A stretch of DNA of 64,000 nucleotides, taken from NCBI GenBank assembly GCA_025061115.1, contig JANZKC010000001.1, positions 576,001 to 640,000 on the forward strand, given 5' to 3'. The notes under the pieces are model-generated. The model saw only the letters and a program-made list of their open reading frames with translations. It was not told where the DNA came from and did no database searches. Below, piece after piece: positions 56,337-64,000 of the stretch (the stretch's first letter is position 1; each line of letters opens with the position of its first letter). The translations under genes and the position numbers were made by a program. This DNA is from Candidatus Culexmicrobium cathedralense. GTDB taxonomy: Archaea > Thermoproteota > Methanomethylicia > Culexarchaeales > Culexmicrobiaceae.

Positions 56337-57355
56337 AAAAAGCTGAAAGCATATTAGCAGTACACCACTGGGACGCCGACGGCATAGCTTCAGCAGCCAT
56401 GATAGCTGAAGAATATGGAGAAATAGTAAATTACTGCCCGCCAATAGGGCTCTTCAAAGTCAATGACGAAGTGCTAGATGAGTTAAAAAGTAGGCTCAGC
56501 ACGAAAAGCGATTTAATATTAATTTTAGATTGGAACATCCCCTACAAAGATGCAGAGACGATGGAGAAAGCATTAGGGGCAAAAGTGGCAGTAATAGATC
56601 ACCACTACAAAAGCGAGCCACCGCCGAAACCAGCATACTACAACCCAGTGGCATGCGGAGAGCCGGAGGAAAACTGGCCGTCAACCACGTGGACAATCAT
56701 GAAAGCCCTAAACATGCAATTAAACCTAAAGGTCATATTAGGAGTATTTGGAGATCTAGAAGAAAAAGCCACCACGCTAAAGCTGTACCGCCAAGCGATA
56801 AAGCCCCACATAGAGAGGCGGAAACACTCAGTTGAAGAGCTCATCGAAGCGGCAAAGCGCTTGAACGCCTGTGGGAGAATTGGAGATAGAAAAATTGTAG
56901 AAAATGCTGTTTGGAAGCTAATTAAGTACGGCAGCGACTTGAAAACTATTTTAAGTGATGAAGAGTGGAGGAAAGCGCAAGCAACAATCGAAGCGGAAGT
57001 TAATAGGATAATAAATTCGGGTGGAGAAGTCATTCATGGAAACATCTTGGTGAAGAGGTTTGCAAGCCCCTACAACTTAACTTCAGAAGTCGCAAGAAAG
57101 CTTGCAAAGCTAAAGCCCAAGTCGATCATAGTGGCAGCAAATGAAAGCGCAAGGCTTAACGAAGCCGAAATTTACGTGAGAAGGGGAAGCATGCTAAAAG
57201 TGAAGCTCACTCCAATCATCAATAAGCTCAGAAAAGTAGGTTTAGAAGCAGGAGGCAAAGAGGCAGTATTTGGAGTGAAAGTAACTCACAGCAAAGTAGA
57301 AGAAGCTTTAAAATCGACATTAAACACGCTTATGGAGGATTTGAATATTGGCTAG
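56309..57355 (+). CDS. DHH-family phosphoesterase (candidate PAP phosphatase)
   Basis: HHWDADG, ILD, IDHH, GVFGD, DHHA1-like AGGK. Confidence 0.85.
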   Translation: MGKSIRDQLKKAESILAVHHWDADGIASAAMIAEEYGEIVNYCPPIGLFKVNDEVLDELKSRLSTKSDLILILDWNIPYKDAETMEKALGAKVAVIDHHYKSEPPPKPAYYNPVACGEPEENWPSTTWTIMKALNMQLNLKVILGVFGDLEEKATTLKLYRQAIKPHIERRKHSVEELIEAAKRLNACGRIGDRKIVENAVWKLIKYGSDLKTILSDEEWRKAQATIEAEVNRIINSGGEVIHGNILVKRFASPYNLTSEVARKLAKLKPKSIIVAANESARLNEAEIYVRRGSMLKVKLTPIINKLRKVGLEAGGKEAVFGVKVTHSKVEEALKSTLNTLMEDLNIG

Positions 57356-58694
57356 GAAGCTAATGGTAATTGGGCTGGACGCAGCACCTCCAAAGCTAAT
57401 TTACGAGCAATATGAGGACGAGCTCCCAACCATATCCAAGCTAATGGTAGAGGGATGTAAAGCCGAGCTGAGAAGCACCCACCCCCCAATAACCATACCA
57501 GCATGGGCCTCCATGGTCACAGGAAAAACGCCTGGAGAACTCGGAATGTACGGCTTCAGACATAAAAAGCCTAAAAGCTACACAGACTTCTACATTGCAA
57601 ACTCGAAATTCATCAAGCACCCAACAGTATGGGATAAAGCTGGTGAAAGGGGGCTTAAAAGCATAGTTGTCGGAGTGCCTCCAGGATACCCGCCCAAGCA
57701 GATAAATGGATTTTGGGTGAGCTGCTTCATAACTCCAAGCAACAAATCCCAATACACCTACCCGCCGAAGCTAAAGCGAGAAATCGAAGAAAAATTTGGG
57801 TCATACCAGTTCGACGTAGTATTTAGAACCGAGGAGAGGGACAAGCTCATAAAGGAACTTTGGGAGATGACTAGATACCACTTCAAAGTATTAAGGTGGC
57901 TAGCGCAGAAGAGCTGGGACTTCTTCATGTTCGTAGAAATAGGGGTAGACAGAGTGCAGCACGCATTCTGGGGATACATGGATCCGGAACACCACAAGTA
58001 CAAGCCAGGAAACAAGTACGAGAAAACGATACTAGAGTACTACAAGCTAATAGATAGCGAGCTGGAAAAACTTCTGAAAAACACGCCTAAAGACGCTGCA
58101 GTAATGGTAATCTCAGACCACGGAGCAAAAAGAATGAAGGGAGCATTCTGCATAAACCAGTGGCTTGCAGAGAAAGGGTACTTGAAGCTCAAAAGCAAAC
58201 CCTCAAAGCCAGGAATAGAACTGGCTAAAGTAGACGTAGACTGGAGCAACACAATAGCGTGGGGTTGGGGCGGATACTACGCAAGAATATACCTAAACCT
58301 AGAAGGAAGAGAGGCTAAGGGAATCATTAAGCAGAAGGACTACGAGCACTACAGAGACGAGCTAGCAGAGGAGATCAGGAAGATTAAGGGCCCAAACGGA
58401 GAAAAGTGGGAGACCAAAGTCTACAAGCCGGAGGAGCTCTACCCAAAAGTTAGAGGAGACCCACCAGACCTAATAGTCTACCTAGACGACCTATACTGGA
58501 GGAGCGCAGGAACCCTCGGATGGGAAACCAAGTACCTAAGAGAAAATGATCGAGGACCAGATGACGCTGTTCACGACTGGAATGGCATCATAGTGGTGTA
58601 CGACCCAGAAAAAACCGTAGAGCTGAAAAACGAAATGGTAGAAATAGCTAGAGTGCACGAAATAATGCTCAAGCTACTGGAAATTGGAGAGTGA
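57348..58694 (+). CDS. AlkP superfamily type I phosphodiesterase / nucleotide pyrophosphatase family protein
   Basis: IGLDAA, PPITIPAWASMVTGKTPGELG, DRVQH, SDHG, DDAVHDWNG. Confidence 0.9.
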   Translation: MARKLMVIGLDAAPPKLIYEQYEDELPTISKLMVEGCKAELRSTHPPITIPAWASMVTGKTPGELGMYGFRHKKPKSYTDFYIANSKFIKHPTVWDKAGERGLKSIVVGVPPGYPPKQINGFWVSCFITPSNKSQYTYPPKLKREIEEKFGSYQFDVVFRTEERDKLIKELWEMTRYHFKVLRWLAQKSWDFFMFVEIGVDRVQHAFWGYMDPEHHKYKPGNKYEKTILEYYKLIDSELEKLLKNTPKDAAVMVISDHGAKRMKGAFCINQWLAEKGYLKLKSKPSKPGIELAKVDVDWSNTIAWGWGGYYARIYLNLEGREAKGIIKQKDYEHYRDELAEEIRKIKGPNGEKWETKVYKPEELYPKVRGDPPDLIVYLDDLYWRSAGTLGWETKYLRENDRGPDDAVHDWNGIIVVYDPEKTVELKNEMVEIARVHEIMLKLLEIGE

Positions 58695-59244
58695 AACGGT
58701 GGATAAAGGATTCGTGCTATGGATAACAGGTCTGCCAGGATCAGGAAAAACAACCATAGCAAGAGGAGTGGCGGAAAAGCTAAGGCAAAGAGGATTAAAA
58801 GTGGAATTGCTCGACGGAGATGAAGTTAGAAGGTGGCTTAGCCCAGAAGCAGGCTTCACCAGAGAAGACAGAACAAGACACTTGATAAGAGTGGCGCACG
58901 TAGCAAAGCTACTAGCCAGAAATGGAGTAGCAGTAATAGCATCCTTCGTATCCCCATACAAAGACGTTAGAAAAAAGGCAAGAGAAATAATTGAAGGAGA
59001 AGGAATACCATTCATAGAAGTCTACGTGGAGTGCAGCCTAGAAGAATGCATGAGGAGAGACCCAAAAGGACTATATAAAAGAGCATTGAGAGGAGAAATA
59101 AAGCACATGACAGGCATAGACGATCCATACGAGCCCCCCGAAAATCCAGAAATAAAGGTAAACACAGAAAAAGATGGTATAGCCGAAAACATTGAAAAAG
59201 TAATAAGTAAAGTCGAAGAACTAAAGCTAATAACACAAAATTAA
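58684..59244 (+). CDS. cysC: Adenylyl-sulfate kinase
   Basis: WITGLPGSGKTT, LDGDEVR, SFVSPY, RDPKGLY, TGIDDPYEPP. Confidence 0.97.
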   Translation: MESETVDKGFVLWITGLPGSGKTTIARGVAEKLRQRGLKVELLDGDEVRRWLSPEAGFTREDRTRHLIRVAHVAKLLARNGVAVIASFVSPYKDVRKKAREIIEGEGIPFIEVYVECSLEECMRRDPKGLYKRALRGEIKHMTGIDDPYEPPENPEIKVNTEKDGIAENIEKVISKVEELKLITQN

Positions 59245-59397
59245 CAATCAAATTATTTTAACTAATTCAAGCTTCTCAACATAACAATCTGAAATGCTGC
59301 AAGCCCATCAACGTAACGACAGTAAATCAGGTAGAGCATTAATGCTATCAATCAGCTAAGCAAACCTAATAAGGTGAAAGCGCCGCGAGGTGAGCAT

Positions 59398-59811
59398 ATG
59401 GAGAAATTTGAAGTAAAACCCGGCATCAGTTTAATTGAAGACTATGAAGTAAAACCTGAACATGCAGCCAAGCACGTAGGCTCAGGAGAAGTTGAAGTTC
59501 TATCCACTCCATCCATGATAGCATTCATGGAAAGAACAGCACTTAAGTGCGTTCAAAAGCAGTTGCCTAAAGGCTTCATCACAGTAGGAGTTGGAGTAAA
59601 CGTAAAGCACTTAAAGCCAGCTCCAGTGGGAGCAAAAGTAACCGTAGAAGCCGAGCTGGTAAAAGTTGAAGGTAGAAAGCTGACATTTAAAGTAAAAGCA
59701 AAATGGAAGGAGGTCACTATTGGAGAGGGAACCCATGAAAGATACATAGTAAATAAGGAAAAATTCCTAGAAAAAGTAAAAAGAATGTTCGAGGAAAAAA
59801 GCAAGAATTAA
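59398..59811 (+). CDS. Hot-dog thioesterase (FlK-like)
   Basis: VGSGEVEVLSTPSMIAFME, TVG, HLKPAPVG, GEGTHER. Confidence 0.88.
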   Translation: MEKFEVKPGISLIEDYEVKPEHAAKHVGSGEVEVLSTPSMIAFMERTALKCVQKQLPKGFITVGVGVNVKHLKPAPVGAKVTVEAELVKVEGRKLTFKVKAKWKEVTIGEGTHERYIVNKEKFLEKVKRMFEEKSKN

Positions 59812-59855
59812 ATTGTATCAATCACAAAACAGTGGAAAATACAGAGGACGGCCCA

Positions 59856-60825
59856 ATGCCTATACTATTTGGATGCATAAGTAAAAGCAGTGAACTGAAA
59901 ACCTCGAGGACATAGTCGTAAAGGCAGCTGAAAATAAATACAATCAAAAAGTAGAAGTGCGCAACCCCCACAAGAAAAGCAATCATAGGGTATAGTTGTA
60001 AAAGTAATGAGATATTCGTTGAGCAGGATCGCGAAAATTAAAGGTGATATATACAGACACCCCCAAGCACTAAGTTCAGACTCAGCAGAAATAACACTAA
60101 CAGCAAACAAGCTTGAAATTGAGGTAGACGCATTCAACATGAAAAGAATTTACATTTACAAAACTTCAAGGCAACTAATATTCAGCACCTCTCTAAGGCA
60201 TATAGCTGAAATAATGAAAAAGCTAGATTTGAAATTAAAGTTAAATGTAAAGTCAACGATTTTCTACCTAGCCACAGGCATACTCCCAATAGAAACTACC
60301 ATAATTGAAGGAATTAGAAAAACAGCTCCGGGAGAAAAGCTAATAATAGAGCTAGAAAACCTCCAGGAAAATAGCATTAAGAGAGACTACATAGAATATG
60401 GAGAGCCTCCCAAAATAACTGAAAATCACATCGAAATTCTCTACAACCACTTGCTGGAAGCAGTGAAGAAAAGAGCGGAAGACAACGTGAAGCCAGCAGT
60501 AATGCTAAGTGGAGGAATAGACTCAGCCCTACTAGCAGCTTTAGTTGCTAAGTACAATGAGAATCTAACTGCAGTAAATCTCACAATCCCAAACTTCTAC
60601 AGCGAATATGAAAATGCGAGAAAAGTAGCAGAATACCTAAACATTCCAATCATGAAAATAGAAGTCAAAGTAAGAGAAAACGAAATGGTAGAAGAGCACG
60701 TAAAAGCAGCAAGCTACATTAAAGAGCCAACATCACGAGCAGGCTTCTACAACCACTATAAAATTATGAAAGAAGCGCAAGAACACTTATCAGCCAACAA
60801 TCAAACTTTAACATTAGAACAATGA
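59856..60825 (+). pseudogene. Degraded asparagine synthase-related gene
   Basis: Frameshifted 5' region from ATG 59856; ORF 60007-60825 has LSGGIDS and EP but ends before the usual GxGGDE motif. Confidence 0.6.
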
Positions 60826-61901
60826 AGTTTAAACCATTAAATTTCGAAATTGGATGGTTCGACTCCCTTGGCGCCAAGTCAGCGTCAGTGCTAATCGAAA
60901 CGCCTGATGTGAAGGTTTTCATAGATCCTGGAATTGCAGTCATGCATCCATCATTTCCAGCACCAGTGGAAGTTAAATTTGAGCTCTACGAGAAGGGTTA
61001 TGAGAGAATTGTAGAGCTGGCGAAGAAGGCTGACGTAATAATAATTACGCATTACCACTACGACCACTTCACCGACTTCGACCCGCAGATTTATAGGGGT
61101 AAATTGGTGTTTGCAAAAAATCCAAATGAGTACATCAACAATTCCCAGAGGAAGAGGGCAATCAACTTCTACGAAAACCTCTATGGCCAACTCGGAGAGG
61201 TTAAGCTGGAAGAAGTCATGCTTGAGCCGGAGGAGAAGGATTACCCAAGCCCACTTAGTGACCTTGAAATAGCACGCTCCAAAAGCTTTGGCGACTACGA
61301 TGAGAGGAGGAGGCAACTACTGATGAAAGGCGAAGAGGCATTTAGGAAGCTGACTGAAAAGTGGTGTTCATGGAGGAGGGTACCTGAAGCAGATGCGAAA
61401 AACATCAAATTACGCTTTGCAGATGGCCGAAAAATCGAATTCGGCAATACAACCATTAAATTCACAAAGCCATTGTTTCATGGCATCGAATACTCCAAGT
61501 TGGGGTGGACCTATTCGGTTGTAATTGAGCATGAAGGCATTAAGCTGATGCACACATCAGACTTGAACGGACCAATCATCGAAGACTATGCGGATCTAAT
61601 AATCAATGAAAATCCCGACATATTATTCCTAGATGGGCCTCCAACATACCTTCTAGGATACACCATGAACCTAACCAACTTCAAAAGAGCAGTGGAAAAT
61701 GCTATCAAAATTATCGAAAACACGAGAAACCTCAAGCTAATAATATATGATCACCACCTACCAAGAGAACCGAAATTTAGGGAGAGAACCAAGAAGGTCT
61801 GGGAAATAGGCGAAAAAATTGAAGTTGAAATAGTTACAGCAGCAGAGTACCTTGGTGAAAAACCAGCAGTACTTCGATTCTCTAAACCTAAAAATCATTA
61901 G
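60822..61901 (+). CDS. MBL-fold metallohydrolase (UPF0282-like)
   Basis: FDSLGAKS, IDPG, THYHYDH, FHG, HTSD, LDGPPTY, YDHHL. Confidence 0.88.
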   Translation: MKFKPLNFEIGWFDSLGAKSASVLIETPDVKVFIDPGIAVMHPSFPAPVEVKFELYEKGYERIVELAKKADVIIITHYHYDHFTDFDPQIYRGKLVFAKNPNEYINNSQRKRAINFYENLYGQLGEVKLEEVMLEPEEKDYPSPLSDLEIARSKSFGDYDERRRQLLMKGEEAFRKLTEKWCSWRRVPEADAKNIKLRFADGRKIEFGNTTIKFTKPLFHGIEYSKLGWTYSVVIEHEGIKLMHTSDLNGPIIEDYADLIINENPDILFLDGPPTYLLGYTMNLTNFKRAVENAIKIIENTRNLKLIIYDHHLPREPKFRERTKKVWEIGEKIEVEIVTAAEYLGEKPAVLRFSKPKNH

Positions 61902-61952
61902 AGATAAAATCTTAGAAAAACATATATTTCTTAGATTTATAGATCATTCTAG

Positions 61953-62222
61953 GTGAACTATTTGGAACTAAGTAAAGTAAGTAAGAAAGGTTTAACCAGC
62001 ATTCCAGCAAGAGTGAGAAAAGCAGCCAAAATTGAAGAAGGAGACTTTCTATCTTGGGAAGTTGATGAAAAAACTAAAACAATCATAGTTAAAGTCATTA
62101 AAAATCCATACAAATTTCTGAGGGGAAAATATTGCGACCCAAATTTAACTTATGAAAATGTGGAGGGCGAAGCCGAAAAACTACTGTTTGGGGAGCTAAA
62201 GGATGCCCGTAATAGAGCTTGA
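61953..62222 (+). CDS. vapB: AbrB/MazE/SpoVT-family antitoxin
   Basis: SKVSKKGLTSIPARVRKAAKIEEGD; overlaps the PIN gene. Confidence 0.85.
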   Translation: MNYLELSKVSKKGLTSIPARVRKAAKIEEGDFLSWEVDEKTKTIIVKVIKNPYKFLRGKYCDPNLTYENVEGEAEKLLFGELKDARNRA

Positions 62223-62625
62223 CATGCTAATAGCCTTTGTAAACAAATCAGACAAGCTCCATAAAGCAGCAGATAAACTCTTCCAAAGGATAATTCGAGG
62301 AGAAATCAGAAATCTTAAGGTCGCCTCATCCGCCTACCTAGAGTATGAGCTAATCCTCCGATCCAAGGGATATACTGAATTTCAAATACGCTCGGATCTA
62401 GCAGCCTTCAAAGGCATACCTAATTTGGGTGAAGCTCCACTAACTGCAGACGTGCTCCTGAAAGCCTCTGAACTACGAGAGAAATACAATCTAACATACT
62501 TTGACTCTCTTCACGGAGCAACAGCAATTCTTCTAGACGGAGAAATAATTTCTTCGGATAAAGACTATGAAAACGTGGAAGAGCTAAAATTGATAAATCC
62601 ATTAAAAATGGCAACAAGCCCGTAA
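62203..62625 (+). CDS. vapC: PIN-domain toxin
   Basis: IELDMLIA, D.LH, YLE, LTYFDSLHGATA, IISSDKDY. Confidence 0.88.
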   Translation: MPVIELDMLIAFVNKSDKLHKAADKLFQRIIRGEIRNLKVASSAYLEYELILRSKGYTEFQIRSDLAAFKGIPNLGEAPLTADVLLKASELREKYNLTYFDSLHGATAILLDGEIISSDKDYENVEELKLINPLKMATSP

Positions 62626-62698
62626 TTATAATCACCTTGTATGGCTACGAATAGCTTAAGATGTGCATGAGTTCAATTTACTTTTGGTGCTGTGGGCC

Positions 62699-64000
62699 GT
62701 GATAAAAGCCTTAGAAAGAATTGTAGGTAAGGAAAATGTGATTACTGATAGGAAGAAGATTGAGAACTACCTTCTAGATGAGACCCCCAGCATTATCAGA
62801 CCTAAACCTGCAGCCAAGCTAGTTCTAGTGAAGCCTGCAAGCACTAGGGAAGTCTCTGAAATATTGAAGTTCGCCAATGAAAATAAAATTCCAGTCTACC
62901 CTAGAGGCGGAGGAACAGGGCTTGCTGGAGGAGCAATCCCAACTAAAGATGGCATAATTCTCTCCCTTGAAAGAATGAATAAAATCGAGGTAGATAAGGA
63001 CAATTTAATGGCAATAGCAGAGGCAGGAGTAACCCTAGAAAAGCTGATAAAGGCAGCTGATGAAGCAGGCCTATTCTTCCCTCTACACCCAGGTGATGAA
63101 AGCGCTCAAATAGGCGGACTAATAGCAACCAATGCAGGAGGAGCAAGAGCAGTCAAGTTCGGAGTAATGAGAAACTACGTTCGAGGCCTAGAGGTGGTAC
63201 TGCCCACAGGCGAAATACTAAATCTAGGAGGAAAACTTCAAAAGAACAACGTAGGCTACGACCTAATGAACCTAATAATTGGAAGCGAGGGAACGCTGGC
63301 AGTAATAACCAAGGCGATTTTAAGGCTATACCCAAAGTACGAGGCAACAGCAACCCTAGTCATACCATTCAACAGCAGGCACGACGCACTAAGCAGCGTA
63401 CCAAAAATACTGCAAGATGGAAGAATGCCACTAGCAATAGAGTATGTCGAAAAGGACCTGATGGAGAGGACAGCCAAAATACTTGGAGAAGCATGGCCAG
63501 TTAAACAGGGAAAATATTACCTACTAATAATAGTGGCGGAGCAAAGTAGAGATCAAATGCTAAATGAAAGCCTAAGAATAGCCGAAATATGCCAGGCAAA
63601 CGGAGCCCTAGAACCGCTCTTCGCAGAGCCAAAAGATCAGCAGGAGAAACTACTGAGAATAAGGAGCAACATATACATAGCATTAAAGCCATACACGGCA
63701 GACATCCTAGACACCACGGTTCCACCGGCAAGCATAGGCAAATTCATAGATGCAGTAGATGAAATAGCAAAGAAGTACAACACATACCTACCAGCCTACG
63801 GCCACGCTGGAGATGGAAACCTACACATCCACATTATGCAGGAAGAAGGAATAGACGTAAATTACATCGACAAAATAAGAAGCGAAATCTACGAAGCAGC
63901 AGTAAAGCTGGGAGGAGTAATAACAGGAGAGCACGGCATAGGGAAAGTTAGACTATCAAGCCTCAAACGCTACGCCGACGAAAAGTACTTGGAGTTAATG
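62699..64000 (+). CDS. FAD-binding oxidoreductase, GlcD / D-lactate dehydrogenase family (runs off window end; not in ORF track)
   Basis: Manual translation: PRGGGTGLAGGA, AEAGV, IGGLIATNAGG, KNNVGYDL, GSEGTL, GHAGDGNLH, GEHGIG. Confidence 0.92.
   Translation, partial: MIKALERIVGKENVITDRKKIENYLLDETPSIIRPKPAAKLVLVKPASTREVSEILKFANENKIPVYPRGGGTGLAGGAIPTKDGIILSLERMNKIEVDKDNLMAIAEAGVTLEKLIKAADEAGLFFPLHPGDESAQIGGLIATNAGGARAVKFGVMRNYVRGLEVVLPTGEILNLGGKLQKNNVGYDLMNLIIGSEGTLAVITKAILRLYPKYEATATLVIPFNSRHDALSSVPKILQDGRMPLAIEYVEKDLMERTAKILGEAWPVKQGKYYLLIIVAEQSRDQMLNESLRIAEICQANGALEPLFAEPKDQQEKLLRIRSNIYIALKPYTADILDTTVPPASIGKFIDAVDEIAKKYNTYLPAYGHAGDGNLHIHIMQEEGIDVNYIDKIRSEIYEAAVKLGGVITGEHGIGKVRLSSLKRYADEKYLELM

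Noticed and set aside
55173-59244. Dissimilatory sulfate reduction
   Set aside because: sat is paired with cysC (PAPS route) and aprAB, qmo and dsr are absent from the window.
1-64000. CRISPR arrays, IS elements, integrases, rRNA
   Set aside because: I saw no regularly spaced repeats, transposase or integrase motifs, or rRNA-like sequence.

Overview
Archaeal chromosome segment; the gene order and protein families suggest a TACK/Thermoproteota-type host. 1-9 kb: conserved informational superoperon (aIF2-alpha, S27e, L44e, GINS, PriS/PriL, PCNA, TFS, Rpo11, Csl4, METTL5, Dph2). 9-30 kb: mixed housekeeping and envelope genes, including an unannotated CdrS/aCcr1-like RHH gene, MtaB, SAMP, gcvPA/PB, a ribophorin-I-like protein, a large sequon-rich surface protein, a thiolase lacking its catalytic residues next to a DUF35-HMG-CoA synthase fusion, PGK and tRNA-Gln(TTG). 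30-43 kb: partly decayed, AT-rich glycosylation island. 37.6-50.2 kb, the main finding: a near-complete bacterial-type peptidoglycan salvage set (murK-like, murQ, namZ, nagZ, amiE-like, anmK, aminopeptidase) in an organism not expected to make peptidoglycan. 50-64 kb: Ig-repeat surface proteins, a GT-C-like membrane protein, an RHH-sat-DHH-AlkP-cysC (PAPS) operon, vapBC and a FAD-linked D-2-hydroxyacid oxidoreductase cut by the window edge. All calls come from motif recognition by eye; no searches were run.
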